DNA of 43,605 bases from Actinomycetota bacterium (lineage in GTDB: Bacteria > Actinomycetota > Acidimicrobiia > Acidimicrobiales > Ilumatobacteraceae): the NCBI GenBank assembly GCA_005805045.1, contig SYNW01000032.1:1-43605 (forward strand), in the 5' to 3' direction. A program made the translations under genes and the position numbers. Numbering within the stretch: position 1 is the stretch's first letter; every line of letters begins with the position of its first letter. The notes under the pieces were generated by a model. It was not told the DNA's origin. It was given only the letters and a program-made list of their open reading frames with translations, and ran no database searches. This document shows positions 10,664-20,229 of this stretch, in pieces.

Positions 10664-12060
10664 GCCGACGCCCCGACTGCCGTAACCGGAATGGTCACGC
10701 GCTTTTTTACGCGGGCTTCAAACTCGCTTCTAAACAGAGTCAAAGCCGAATGCACCGGGGCAAATGCCGATGGCCCGACGAAACAAATCGTGGTCATCTT
10801 GTACGGAAACGGAACAGCCTTCAAACCTAATTCTTCATTGGCGGCATGCGGAAACGCACCTGGACAAATCATCGCCCCAACTTCGAGCAGTTGCTGCAAA
10901 TCTGCATCTGTACCGTCACCATCGACTACGCGGCGCAAGATTCTTTCAAGCCAAGTTCCACCCTCACGACACGGCGTGCATTTGCCGCACGACTCGTGTG
11001 CATAAAAATGGGTCAGCGTCAACGCGGCCGCCGGAATATCAGTCGTCTCGTCCATCACCATTACCGCACCCGAGCCGAGCATCGACCCAGCCGGTCCGAC
11101 TTGGCTGGCCTCAAACGGGAGATCAAGTTGATCGGGCGTGAACCACGGTGCAGAGCCACCACCCGGCACGAATGCTTTCAATGCGTTGTCATTGCGCATG
11201 CCACCGCAAAACTCTTGGCCATAAATCAAGTCGCGAAACGTCGTAGTGCCGTTGATGATTTCGTAGACGCCAGGTCGTTTGACATGACCCGAAACAGCAA
11301 CCATCCGCGTACCCGGTGATGTCTTCGTGCCAATCGCCGTATACGCGGCAACGCCATTATTCAACAACCACGGCAAGTTGGCAAGAGTCTCGACGTTATT
11401 CACGATCGTGGGCTGACCATAAAGACCGTTCGCCGCGGGGAAAAACGGCGGCTTGAGTCGTGGCATTCCGCGATTGCCTTCGAGGCTTTCAATCAGTGCC
11501 GTTTCTTCGCCTACGACATAAGCGCCTGCACCCCAATGCAAAATAATGTCGACCGAGAACTTAGAGCCCAAAATATTTTTGCCGATGTATCCGGCCTCAT
11601 ACGCCTCGTTCAGCGCGACAGCCACGCGCTCTTGGGCAACAGCCATCTCACCTCTTATATAAAGGAAGCATTGCGACAGACCCGCGGCATAACAAGCAAT
11701 CAGACAACCCTCAAGCAACTGATGCGGGTCGCGTTCCATCAACAAACGGTCTTTGTAGGTGCCGGGCTCGCTTTCGTCACCGTTGACGACCAGGTAGCGC
11801 GGCCAAACTTGCTGCGGTGTGAGCCCCCACTTGACGCCCGCCGGAAAACCAGCACCACCACGACCGAGCACCGTCGCACTTTTTACGTCTTCGTGGACTT
11901 CATTTGCTGGTCGGGACAAAGCCGCGCGCAAACCCTTGTATCCATCCGTTGCGAGATAACGCTCGAGGGTATACGAGTCGGCAAACTCAAATCGCGAAGT
12001 GACAATTTTTGGTCGATCTCCCGCCACGAAACCTGGCGCATGCACATATGTCTTGCTCAC
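10660..12060 (-). CDS. nuoF: NADH-quinone oxidoreductase subunit F (NADH/FMN-binding)
   Basis: Motifs GRGGAGFPAGVKW (FMN/NADH site) and ESCGKCTPCREG (N3 cluster). The track ORF runs up to 12306, but that extension lies inside nuoE. The GTG at 12058-12060 overlaps the nuoE TGA (GTGA) and gives a normal-length protein starting VSKTYVHAPGF. Confidence 0.9.
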   Translation of the reverse strand: MSKTYVHAPGFVAGDRPKIVTSRFEFADSYTLERYLATDGYKGLRAALSRPANEVHEDVKSATVLGRGGAGFPAGVKWGLTPQQVWPRYLVVNGDESEPGTYKDRLLMERDPHQLLEGCLIACYAAGLSQCFLYIRGEMAVAQERVAVALNEAYEAGYIGKNILGSKFSVDIILHWGAGAYVVGEETALIESLEGNRGMPRLKPPFFPAANGLYGQPTIVNNVETLANLPWLLNNGVAAYTAIGTKTSPGTRMVAVSGHVKRPGVYEIINGTTTFRDLIYGQEFCGGMRNDNALKAFVPGGGSAPWFTPDQLDLPFEASQVGPAGSMLGSGAVMVMDETTDIPAAALTLTHFYAHESCGKCTPCREGGTWLERILRRVVDGDGTDADLQQLLEVGAMICPGAFPHAANEELGLKAVPFPYKMTTICFVGPSAFAPVHSALTLFRSEFEARVKKRVTIPVTAVGASA

Positions 12061-12671
12061 AGTGCAGCCTTGCCGTCTAGCCATGCCGGTGACTCGTTGA
12101 CATCTTCCGGGTCTTTTGCCCCCACTGCACGATCGGTCGGAATAATCTGGCGCACTTTTGACAGCACTCCATGCGGCGGAAACTCTTCCTTTAATTTTCC
12201 GCCCCGCAAGTTGTCGATCAAATTGTCCAAGTCGGTGGGCGTCACACGCAAGCGATAGCGATAGTTGACCTGCAATGTTGGGGCCTCCGTGCAAGCGGCT
12301 TGGCACTCGGCATGGGCGAGCGTGAACATGCCATCTGGTGTCGTGCCACCAGCGTTCACGCCAAGTTTCTTTTCAGCATGGTGCATCAACTCATTTGCCC
12401 CCATCAGCGCGCATGACATAGTCCCGCAAATGTTGATCAAATATTTTCCAACCGGCTCGAATTTGAACATTTCATAGAAGGTTGCGGTTCCATAAACCTC
12501 GGCAGAGGTCACGCCCACAAGTTCCCCCAAATGTTGCATCGCTTCTCGGGTGATATAACCATTTTGTTCTTGCGACAGATGCAGCAACGGAATCAGAGCC
12601 GACTTCGGACGCGGGTACCTGGCGATAATCTCGCGCGCCGATTTTGTGTTCATTTCGTTCAAGCGACTCAT
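12057..12671 (-). CDS. nuoE: NADH-quinone oxidoreductase subunit E (2Fe-2S)
   Basis: 204 aa with thioredoxin-like ferredoxin cysteines (ICGTMSCALMG ... AECQAACTEAP). ATGA overlap with nuoD. Confidence 0.9.
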   Translation of the reverse strand: MSRLNEMNTKSAREIIARYPRPKSALIPLLHLSQEQNGYITREAMQHLGELVGVTSAEVYGTATFYEMFKFEPVGKYLINICGTMSCALMGANELMHHAEKKLGVNAGGTTPDGMFTLAHAECQAACTEAPTLQVNYRYRLRVTPTDLDNLIDNLRGGKLKEEFPPHGVLSKVRQIIPTDRAVGAKDPEDVNESPAWLDGKAAL

Positions 12672-14023
12672 CTGTCCACCTCACCAAGGACCGGGTCAAC
12701 AGAAGAGATAACAGCCACGGCATCAGCAACCAATCCACCTCGCATCATCAGAGGCATGGTCTGAATGTTGATGAAACTCGGGGCGCGCACGTGCATGCGA
12801 TAAGGGGTCGACGAGCCATCGCTGGCGATATAACACGCAATCTCGCCACGCGGGCTTTCAATTGCGACGTACGCTTCACCTTCGGGAACTTTGAAACCCT
12901 CGGTAAAAATCTTGAAGTGATGGATCAGTGCTTCCATCGACTCGTCAATTCGGCCCCGTGGTGGCGGAGTAACTTTCTTGTCTTGAATTCGATAGTCGCC
13001 CTGGGGCATTGCATCTAAGACTTGACCGACGATTCGCATCGACTCGCGAATTTCATTCAAACGAATCGAATAACGATCAAACGCGTCACCGTAACTACCG
13101 ACGATCACATCAAACTCGACTTTGTCGTACCGCAGATACGGCATATCGCGACGCAAGTCCCATGAAAAACCTGTGCTGCGCAAAATTGGACCGGTCGCCG
13201 ACAGCGCAATCGCTTCATCACGCGTAATCACGCCCACGCCCTGCAGACGTTCGCGCCAAATCGGTTGACCCGTCATCAATATCTCATACTCGGCAAGTCG
13301 CTTCGGCAGAGCCTCAAGAAGGTTCAAGACTTCGTCCCGCCACCCCGCCGGAAGATCCGCCGCGACGCCACCGGGTCGAATGAAGTTGTGATTCATTCGT
13401 AGGCCGGTGACCTTTTGAAAAAATCTCAGAACCTCTTCTCGCTCACGAAAGCCGTAGAGCATCATCGAAACCGCGCCGATATCCATGCCGTTCGTAGCCA
13501 AAAACAGCAAGTGGCTGCTAATTCGATTTAATTCTGAGAGCAGCATGCGGATCCACACCGCACGTTCCGGAATGTCTTGGTCGATGCCAAGAAGTTTTTC
13601 GGTCGTCATTGCAAAAACGAGTTCATTGTTCAGTGGTGATGCATAGTCCATGCGTGTCACGTTCGTTGCACCTTGCATGAAAGTAAGTGACTCGCCCGTC
13701 TTTTCCATGCCGGTGTGCAAGTAGCCAATTACGGGCTTGCATCGCAATACGGTTTCGCCGTTAAGTTCGAGCATCAACCTGAGAACACCGTGGGTGCTCG
13801 GGTGCTGTGGACCCATGTTGATGATCATCGTCTGGTCTTCGCTCTGGGTGTCTGCCAGCGCCGCTACTTCAGATTCGCTCATCCGCAAAACGGCACCTGA
13901 GCCGCGCAAGAATTCTTTGTTTGAAATGTCTTTACGTAGTTGAAGCTCTTGTCGACCTTCGCTTGTGCCAGCAGCCGCCACTTCGGTGGAACCAGAGTTC
14001 GTCATGTCCTCGGTTGTGGTCAC
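12668..14023 (-). CDS. nuoD: NADH-quinone oxidoreductase subunit D
   Basis: Blocks MIINMGPQHPSTHGVLRL and HVRAPSFINIQ. The track ORF extends to 14095 inside nuoC. The GTG at 14021-14023 overlaps the nuoC TGA (GTGA). An ATG at 14005 is an alternative start. Confidence 0.9.
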   Translation of the reverse strand: MTTTEDMTNSGSTEVAAAGTSEGRQELQLRKDISNKEFLRGSGAVLRMSESEVAALADTQSEDQTMIINMGPQHPSTHGVLRLMLELNGETVLRCKPVIGYLHTGMEKTGESLTFMQGATNVTRMDYASPLNNELVFAMTTEKLLGIDQDIPERAVWIRMLLSELNRISSHLLFLATNGMDIGAVSMMLYGFREREEVLRFFQKVTGLRMNHNFIRPGGVAADLPAGWRDEVLNLLEALPKRLAEYEILMTGQPIWRERLQGVGVITRDEAIALSATGPILRSTGFSWDLRRDMPYLRYDKVEFDVIVGSYGDAFDRYSIRLNEIRESMRIVGQVLDAMPQGDYRIQDKKVTPPPRGRIDESMEALIHHFKIFTEGFKVPEGEAYVAIESPRGEIACYIASDGSSTPYRMHVRAPSFINIQTMPLMMRGGLVADAVAVISSVDPVLGEVDR

Positions 14024-14487
14024 GATGCGGCACCCTTGAATTGAACCGGAATACTTCCGGGGGCATAATCTTTGCGCAACGGATGACCCTGCCAATCTTC
14101 GGGCATCAAGATGCGGGTCAAATCTGGGTGACCACTGAACTTGATCCCGAACATGTCGAAAACTTCACGCTCCATCGCCTCGGTGCCAGGGTAAAAATCA
14201 AAAGCCGAGTCGATAACTGCATCCGATTCTGCGATTTGCACCCGCAAACGCACGCGACGACGCTGCGAAAGCGAAAGCAGATTGACTACGACTTCAAAAC
14301 GTTCGAGTGAAATTTGGCCGGCAACTTCTGGTGCGATTGTGCGACCTGGGTGGGTCAAATAGTCCACAGCGGTGAGGTCGACGCACATCTCAAAGCCTTC
14401 GGTGCGCAAGTCCGAAAGTGTTTTTAAGTAATCGTCCTTTGCGACAAAACGAACATCGTCAGCAACACGACCCGAAATTTGTGCCAC
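14020..14487 (-). CDS. nuoC: NADH-quinone oxidoreductase subunit C (short form, 155 aa)
   Basis: 30-kDa-subunit block EREVFDMFGIKFSGHPDLTRILMPEDWQGHPLRKDY. GTG start lies 3 nt after the nuoB stop, leaving no room for a longer N-terminus. Confidence 0.88.
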   Translation of the reverse strand: MAQISGRVADDVRFVAKDDYLKTLSDLRTEGFEMCVDLTAVDYLTHPGRTIAPEVAGQISLERFEVVVNLLSLSQRRRVRLRVQIAESDAVIDSAFDFYPGTEAMEREVFDMFGIKFSGHPDLTRILMPEDWQGHPLRKDYAPGSIPVQFKGAAS

Positions 14488-14490
14488 GAC

Positions 14491-15075
14491 TCAACGCTGT
14501 CCGATAACTACGGGTGTAGTCGTCCCCGCCGGAACTTCTTGGATACGGACTTGCGCGCCCGCACCAGTTGTGTCGCGACGGCGCATGATCTCACCGTCTT
14601 CGATCAACTGGTGCAACGTTTCAATTGCGTGAATCAAAGTTTCGGGCGTAGGCGGGCAACCAGGTGCATAAACATCAACCGGGACAATTTGATCTACGCC
14701 TTGAACGATCGCGTAATTGTTGAACATTCCACCACTGCTGGCGCACACGCCCATTGAAATGACCCACTTCGGTTCCATCATCTGGTCATAAACCTGCCGC
14801 AACACCGGCGCCATCTTCTGGCTGACTCGACCAGCGACGATCATGATGTCGGCTTGGCGCGGTGAGGCACGAAAAACCTCCATGCCAAATCGAGCCAAGT
14901 CGTAGTGGGCTGTTCCCGCCGTCATCATTTCGATGGCACAACACGCAAGACCAAAGGTCGCGCCCCAACTCGACCGCGATCGTGACCACTTCACAAGATC
15001 TTCAACGCGGCCCGTCAAGAAATTATGTTCAAGACCACCCAGACCATCATCGGCAACATTTTGGATCAAGCCCAT
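14491..15075 (-). CDS. nuoB: NADH-quinone oxidoreductase subunit B (N2 cluster)
   Basis: Motifs [22 protein letters not shown] and APGCPPTPE. The track starts at TTG 15078. The adjacent ATG at 15073-15075 shares 1 nt with the nuoA TGA. Confidence 0.92.
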   Translation of the reverse strand: MGLIQNVADDGLGGLEHNFLTGRVEDLVKWSRSRSSWGATFGLACCAIEMMTAGTAHYDLARFGMEVFRASPRQADIMIVAGRVSQKMAPVLRQVYDQMMEPKWVISMGVCASSGGMFNNYAIVQGVDQIVPVDVYAPGCPPTPETLIHAIETLHQLIEDGEIMRRRDTTGAGAQVRIQEVPAGTTTPVVIGQR

Positions 15076-15551
15076 CAAACAGAAACTTTCTCTTGCTCGC
15101 GACCATCGAGCCCCACCCGACGAATTGTCGTGGAGGATGATCGCGATGCAGACAAGATGTCTCCATCAGCTTCGACCAACTTGCGCGCTTTTTTGACAGG
15201 ACCCCAGTCGAGGGCGCCGCGCGCGACGACATAGACGAACGCCACGAAGAAAACCGCGCTAAACGCGACTAACTCCCAGAAACCGTAAGACCCGAGCGAC
15301 TGGCTCGCCACAGCGTATGGATAAGCAAAAATGATCTCGATGTCGAACATGATGAACAACATCGCCACAACATAAAAACTCACCGGAAACCGTTCTGGTG
15401 CTTCGAGGCTGGGCACGATCCCGCATTCGTATGGGGCTTGCTTTGCTTCACTCGGCCGACGTGGTGCCAACAATTTAGACGCGAGTAATGAGCCAACTCC
15501 GAACAAGACTGCCAAAACTGCGAGAACAGCAATCGGAAGATACTGACCCAC
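15075..15551 (-). CDS. nuoA: NADH-quinone oxidoreductase subunit A (with about 35-aa C-terminal extension)
   Basis: Three TM helices and the PYECG motif. GTG start lies 5 nt downstream of the preceding gene's stop. Confidence 0.88.
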   Translation of the reverse strand: MGQYLPIAVLAVLAVLFGVGSLLASKLLAPRRPSEAKQAPYECGIVPSLEAPERFPVSFYVVAMLFIMFDIEIIFAYPYAVASQSLGSYGFWELVAFSAVFFVAFVYVVARGALDWGPVKKARKLVEADGDILSASRSSSTTIRRVGLDGREQEKVSV

Positions 15552-15556
15552 TGTTG

Positions 15557-16381
15557 TTAGCTCTTCGCTGGCGAACGTGAACCAACATCAGCACTTAGAT
15601 TCTTGCGCAAGCGCAGATCACGAGTGTGCAGCAATCGACAAAGCAACAAGAAAATGATCGTTGAACCAATCGTGATAAAAATTGACGGCTGACGCTTGGA
15701 GCCGAGATCGCGCAACATATATATGTATCGGCGAGGCTGAGTTTCATCGATTTCTGGTCGAGCGGGTGCACGACCCGGCTCGGTGCGCTGTGGCACGATC
15801 GATGCAACCTCGACTATTGAATAATGCGGATCATGAAAGAATGCCACGAAGTCGAGCGACTCGCTGATCTTCGGCCATCGTTCACCACCTTTGTCATAAA
15901 CGGCAACCGAGACATACTCACCAAGCGCAAACTCTTCTGCTTGATTTTGAATGATTTCATCGGCAGACGCAACTGCTTGACCACGTCGTGGATCGGACTC
16001 TTGCAACAACAACCATCCATCACCCTGCAAAGCAATGGATGCCGTAGCCGCGTCGGCAACTGCATCACCTGATGGTTGCATCGGCATCAAAATAATCTCC
16101 GCATCGTCCAACAAGTCCGGACTTCTGACGATGGTCGTCGGCTCGCCGGGCTGCCAAGTTGGAGCGCGACCCGTCAGGCCAATGCCATATATCCACCAAA
16201 TACTCCCCATAATCGCCATCCAACCAAAAAACCCGGCAACCACGACGAGAAACCCAAGTCGCGCGCCCAAATTCGTGCCAACCACCAAATAGGTACCGCC
16301 GATTAATACGCCAACCGAAATTGCAACAATAATGATGCCACGAAGTTGCGGTTCGAAATTTACGGCGAGCAGAGCGAGCAC
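15557..16381 (-). CDS. Membrane protein of unknown function (2 N-terminal TM, extracytoplasmic domain, C-terminal TM), last gene of the b6c-type module
   Basis: 274-aa ORF with hydrophobic helices IIIVAISVGVLIGGTYLVV, LGFLVVVAGFFGWMAIMGSIWWIYGIG and SIFITIGSTIIFLLLC. I recognise no catalytic motif. It sits 2 nt after the cytochrome c gene and 5 nt before nuoA. Confidence 0.6.
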   Translation of the reverse strand: MLALLAVNFEPQLRGIIIVAISVGVLIGGTYLVVGTNLGARLGFLVVVAGFFGWMAIMGSIWWIYGIGLTGRAPTWQPGEPTTIVRSPDLLDDAEIILMPMQPSGDAVADAATASIALQGDGWLLLQESDPRRGQAVASADEIIQNQAEEFALGEYVSVAVYDKGGERWPKISESLDFVAFFHDPHYSIVEVASIVPQRTEPGRAPARPEIDETQPRRYIYMLRDLGSKRQPSIFITIGSTIIFLLLCRLLHTRDLRLRKNLSADVGSRSPAKS

Positions 16382-16383
16382 TC

Positions 16384-17424
16384 TTAGAGACCTCTCACAT
16401 AATCAATAACGGCGACAATTTGCTCATCTGTCAATACCAAACCAAAAGCTGGCATTCGACCCGAACCTTGACCTTGCTGACCGTACCTCTTGCCGAGTTC
16501 GCTTCCGCCCTTGATGAACTCAATCATTTCGTCACGTTGTGGAAACTGTCTGACTGCTGATCCACCGGTTAAGTTCGGACCGAAAGCGCCACCGCCCGTA
16601 ATTTCTGGCTCACCGTACGACCAACCCTTGGTATGACAGCGCGCACATGAATAATTTCCGCTGCCTAAATCTAAATTGAACAACGCTTCTCCGACAGATG
16701 CGTAAGTCCCCGCCTTGACAAGTCGCTCGGCCTCGGCTTGGATCTCTCGTTGTTTTTCTTCGGGCAATTTGCCATTTTCGTCACGCGGAATTTCAATGCT
16801 CTTGACATATTCAATGACCGTTTGAATTTGCTGTTCGTTCATCGGGCCGCCACCGACCAAACCCCATGCCGACATCGGCGAGAAAGGTCGACCATATTCA
16901 AGGATGAATCGAACTTCTTCTTCGCTGTAACGATAGAAAACCGTGTTGATTGCTGGTGCCTTCCAATTGACTTGTTTTACTTGACCAGTCTTTGGATCTG
17001 AAATCGCATAAGACGCGACGCCGCCACCACCCTTCATGCCACCGTGGCAACCGGCGCAGTTATAACCGCCATCGGCCGTCGTGGAAAACAACCCGGTACC
17101 CCAAGTTTCAAATTGGTGTTGAAATTCTTTTTCGGCACCGACCATGCGACCGGGTTCAAGAATCCAATAGAGCGGCAGCGCAATCGTCGTGACGGCAAGA
17201 CACAACAGACCAATCAACTGCGTACGCTGAATTTTTTCGCCCTCAAGTCGCTCGTCGTCATAATAAGGTTTGCGGTTTGCGGCAAGTTTGATCTCTGCAC
17301 CAATCTCGCGCTTCGACGAGCGCAGATTGCCCAGGCCGTAGATAACCCAACCCAAAACCGAAACAAGCAAAATCACCCAGGCGATCGTGGTGGTTGTATC
17401 GGCGAGCATCACTGCGAGATTCAC
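16384..17424 (-). CDS. Membrane-anchored dihaem c-type cytochrome
   Basis: Two CxxCH motifs (NCAGCHGG and SCARCHTKG) and two N-terminal TM helices. GTG start abuts the Rieske stop; an ATG at 17409 is an alternative start. Confidence 0.85.
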   Translation of the reverse strand: MNLAVMLADTTTTIAWVILLVSVLGWVIYGLGNLRSSKREIGAEIKLAANRKPYYDDERLEGEKIQRTQLIGLLCLAVTTIALPLYWILEPGRMVGAEKEFQHQFETWGTGLFSTTADGGYNCAGCHGGMKGGGGVASYAISDPKTGQVKQVNWKAPAINTVFYRYSEEEVRFILEYGRPFSPMSAWGLVGGGPMNEQQIQTVIEYVKSIEIPRDENGKLPEEKQREIQAEAERLVKAGTYASVGEALFNLDLGSGNYSCARCHTKGWSYGEPEITGGGAFGPNLTGGSAVRQFPQRDEMIEFIKGGSELGKRYGQQGQGSGRMPAFGLVLTDEQIVAVIDYVRGL

Positions 17425-18276
17425 TTAGTGTCCACCCGTTCCGCCGACACAGTGGGGACCTTCTGCTTCTTGACCAGATGTGTTCGTTCCAATAGGTGGA
17501 CCACCAAAAACTGTGCCCGTATCGATGACAACCATTCCGTTATTCACTGAAACTCCAAAACGATCCATGCCTCGCGGTGCTGGTCCACCTTTTTTTTCAC
17601 CAACACGGTTGTATTGCGACCCATGGCACGGACATTCAAACCATTGCGATGTTTTGCATTCAGGCACACGACAACCAAGATGTGGACACTTCTGATACAG
17701 CGCGACTATTCCAGAGGTCATCCCGCTGAACACTGGTGCTTGCCCGGCATAAATTGCTTCAGCCTTGGAAATCGATTCTTTTGGATATTCGGTTACCCAT
17801 GATCGAGCCTCAGGCAAATATAGGAAGCCCTTGTTGGCGCGAATCTTGCCGACAACCTCTTCGAGTTTTCCTGCGTTGATTTTCGAACCGAAGCCACCGT
17901 CGGCGCCTTTCCACAAAAAGGCGATTAGCGCGGCGGCGAAACCACCAAGGCTCGCGCTCATCAAAGTCACTGTGGCGCGATTCAAAAATGCTCGACGCGA
18001 TTCATCAACTGCTTCTCGGTCTGGCATAACCCACGGTTCAATTTCGGCGGGCGGTATGACCGCAACTGCGGTGCTCCGCGAAGCCGAGGCTTCAGCCTCA
18101 ACATCGCGACGCGCGTTGCGTGATGACTTTTTCGCATCGCGATCACGCTTGCGAGTCTCACGCGACAACACACCCACGCCGCTCATGTCGGAACGCCGAC
18201 TTGCCGTGAGCACAACGCCCAAGCCGAGCACGGCAAGAACAGCAATCGCAATGGTGATGATGGTCGTCGAGTTCAT
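17425..18276 (-). CDS. Rieske [2Fe-2S] iron-sulfur protein
   Basis: Rieske boxes CPHLGC and CPCHGSQY. N-terminal TM helix, then an internal SRRAFLN twin-arginine motif before a second hydrophobic helix. Confidence 0.9.
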   Translation of the reverse strand: MNSTTIITIAIAVLAVLGLGVVLTASRRSDMSGVGVLSRETRKRDRDAKKSSRNARRDVEAEASASRSTAVAVIPPAEIEPWVMPDREAVDESRRAFLNRATVTLMSASLGGFAAALIAFLWKGADGGFGSKINAGKLEEVVGKIRANKGFLYLPEARSWVTEYPKESISKAEAIYAGQAPVFSGMTSGIVALYQKCPHLGCRVPECKTSQWFECPCHGSQYNRVGEKKGGPAPRGMDRFGVSVNNGMVVIDTGTVFGGPPIGTNTSGQEAEGPHCVGGTGGH

Positions 18277-18291
18277 TTGAGTTTTATCCGA

Positions 18292-19011
18292 TCACAATTC
18301 GAAGAAGATACCTTCACGCCAAGGAAAGACGAAGTTGAAACCGGGCCCCCTGAAGAAAGAGCCAATAATTACGAGCACCGCCCAGAACATTAAGTGCACT
18401 GTAAATAAACCGGTCATGAACTTTCTGTCTTCTGGACGATTTGACTCGTTGCGATCCATGTACGGGGCGAACATCAGCACAATCAGACCCATGCCCGGAA
18501 TCGTCACACCAGCAATCATCGGGTGGAACATCGTCAGCAGTTCTTGCAATCCGAGAAAGTACCAAGGTGCTTTCGAAGGATTGGGTGTCTGATTGAAGTT
18601 TGCCGCCTGCAACAGCGGGGCGTTCACGAACCACGAAAACACAAAAGTAAACGCGGTGCACGCAAGCGCGGCAACAAACTCGATGCCCAACAAGTGTGGC
18701 CAGGTGTGCACCTTGTCAACTGGCACCGCTTTGACGTCTTGAATTGAACCTGATTTGACGACCGTCAACAAGCGTTGCGTGTGACCACCAGGTCCGGCCC
18801 CGAATGGCACGCCACTATTTGCTGGCGCTGCGACCACTACGCTGCCGACTTTTTCGGCAACTGCAACCGCACCCTTGTTTCGATTTAGCAAATCGCCCGA
18901 AATTCGCGAGTCGTCAGCCGCTGGCGCCGGCGCGGCTCCGCCCGCATCGGCGGCTGCTTTTTCGCGCGCTTCTTGAGCGCGCTTCAAAAGATGTTCTGGA
19001 ATGCCGGCCAT
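18292..19011 (-). CDS. Cytochrome b C-terminal half / subunit IV-like protein with about 100-aa cytoplasmic N-terminal extension
   Basis: Three TM helices and a PEWY-equivalent segment PNPSKAPWYFLGLQELL. Its ATG shares 1 nt with the stop of the upstream cytochrome b6-like gene (TGATG). Confidence 0.8.
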   Translation of the reverse strand: MAGIPEHLLKRAQEAREKAAADAGGAAPAPAADDSRISGDLLNRNKGAVAVAEKVGSVVVAAPANSGVPFGAGPGGHTQRLLTVVKSGSIQDVKAVPVDKVHTWPHLLGIEFVAALACTAFTFVFSWFVNAPLLQAANFNQTPNPSKAPWYFLGLQELLTMFHPMIAGVTIPGMGLIVLMFAPYMDRNESNRPEDRKFMTGLFTVHLMFWAVLVIIGSFFRGPGFNFVFPWREGIFFEL

Positions 19012-19796
19012 CAGAGGGGTCCTGAAATTCCGCCGTCTTTACGCACGCGCCAGAAATGGATCGCGAGGAAGATGACCGTTACGAATGGGAACAACAAAAC
19101 ATGCAACACATACCAACGCAACAAAGTTTCTGGACCAATTTCAACACCGCCCAGCAAAACAAAACGAACTTGCGAGCCAATAACTGGTGAGTAGCCCATC
19201 ATGTTGGTACCCACGGTTACTGCCCACAGCGCGAGTTGATCCCACGGCAACAAATAACCTGTGAATGAAAGCAGCAGCGTCAAAGTCAAGAGAATCACGC
19301 CGATTACCCAGTTGAACTCGCGTGGTGCTTTGTATGCACCGTGATAAAAGACTCGCGCCATGTGCAAAAATACGGTGAGCACCATCAAATGCGCGCCCCA
19401 ACGGTGCATATTGCGCACCATCAAACCGAAAGTCACCGAAGTATGCAGTGACTGAATATCTTGCCACGCGTTAGCCGATGTCGGGCGGTAAAAGAACATC
19501 AAGAAAATGCCGGTGATGGTCAGCAAAATAAACAAAAAGAAGCTCAAGCCTCCGAGACAAAGCGTGTAACTGACCTTTACCGCATGGCGCTTTACTTTGA
19601 CCGGATGCAAGTGATAGAGCACAGAGTTCATGACGACATAAGAACGATTTCTCGGCGAGTCCGAATAGCCCTTGCGGAAGATCGAACCTGGCCTGAAAAT
19701 CGAGTTCCAGGCTTGGCTCGACTGCGTCGTCTCATTGAGTTTGGTCACGCGCTGTTTAATCGTCGGACGAGATTTCTGCTCGATCATCTTTACCAT
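19011..19796 (-). CDS. Cytochrome b6-like protein (N-terminal four-helix half of cytochrome b)
   Basis: Helix-B His pair NMHRWGAHLMVLTVFLH. Helix-D His pair LHVLLFPFVTVIFLAIH has 14 residues between the histidines (b6 spacing). A Cys lies in TLCLGG at the position of the haem ci/cn-binding Cys. A GGAG ribosome-binding site precedes the ATG. Confidence 0.88.
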   Translation of the reverse strand: MVKMIEQKSRPTIKQRVTKLNETTQSSQAWNSIFRPGSIFRKGYSDSPRNRSYVVMNSVLYHLHPVKVKRHAVKVSYTLCLGGLSFFLFILLTITGIFLMFFYRPTSANAWQDIQSLHTSVTFGLMVRNMHRWGAHLMVLTVFLHMARVFYHGAYKAPREFNWVIGVILLTLTLLLSFTGYLLPWDQLALWAVTVGTNMMGYSPVIGSQVRFVLLGGVEIGPETLLRWYVLHVLLFPFVTVIFLAIHFWRVRKDGGISGPL

Positions 19797-19812
19797 TTAG
19801 TTTTCTCCGTTC

Positions 19813-20226
19813 CTAAAATCGCATGCCGTACGAATAGCCGTGGTTATTGGTTCGCATATGAGTTTCGCCCGTGGCTGGCGCAACCCCAACTTTGCCGAGA
19901 ATTATCACACCGGTTGGACAACGATCGACGCACAACGCACAACGTGTGCAAACATCATCATCAATAATGAAAACAACTTTGTCTGAAGGGTCTTCACCGG
20001 GCATCTCGGTGCCGCTTGACTCTGAGATTGCGTCCGGGCTGACCATGAAAATGCACTTCCACGGGCAAATGTCAACGCAACCTTCACACATGATGCACTC
20101 TGATTGATCGATGTGGATGAACTGCTTGGGCTTAACCGCCTTGTTCAAATACTCGGCATCTACCTCGACGAGTTGATAGTCGTCGGTATAAGGCATCATC
20201 GGCGGGTTTGCGTCGGTTTTTGCCAT
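19813..20226 (-). CDS. 2x[4Fe-4S] ferredoxin-like protein, probably cytoplasmic
   Basis: Motifs CIMCEGCVDICP and CTRCALCVDRCP. No signal peptide, TM helix or twin-arginine motif. It lies 16 nt upstream of the cytochrome b6-like gene. Confidence 0.85.
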   Translation of the reverse strand: MAKTDANPPMMPYTDDYQLVEVDAEYLNKAVKPKQFIHIDQSECIMCEGCVDICPWKCIFMVSPDAISESSGTEMPGEDPSDKVVFIIDDDVCTRCALCVDRCPTGVIILGKVGVAPATGETHMRTNNHGYSYGMRF

Positions 20227-20229
20227 CGC

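Noticed and set aside
12061-12306. N-terminal 82-aa extension of the nuoF ORF in the track (start at 12306).
   Set aside because: It lies entirely inside nuoE in another frame and has no NuoF-like sequence. The GTG at 12060 forms a GTGA overlap with the nuoE stop and gives a normal-length NuoF.
14024-14095. N-terminal extension of the nuoD ORF (start at 14095).
   Set aside because: It overlaps the conserved C-terminus of nuoC. A GTG at 14023 (GTGA coupling) or an ATG at 14005 fits better.
18292-19796. Split cytochrome b as a pseudogene or frameshifted single qcrB.
   Set aside because: The downstream ORF has its own ATG with a 1-nt stop/start overlap and a roughly 100-aa N-terminal domain. 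That domain carries a motif under apparent selection, since it is shared with the cytochrome c at 20945. The b6-type His spacing and CLGG Cys are also consistent with a natively split enzyme.
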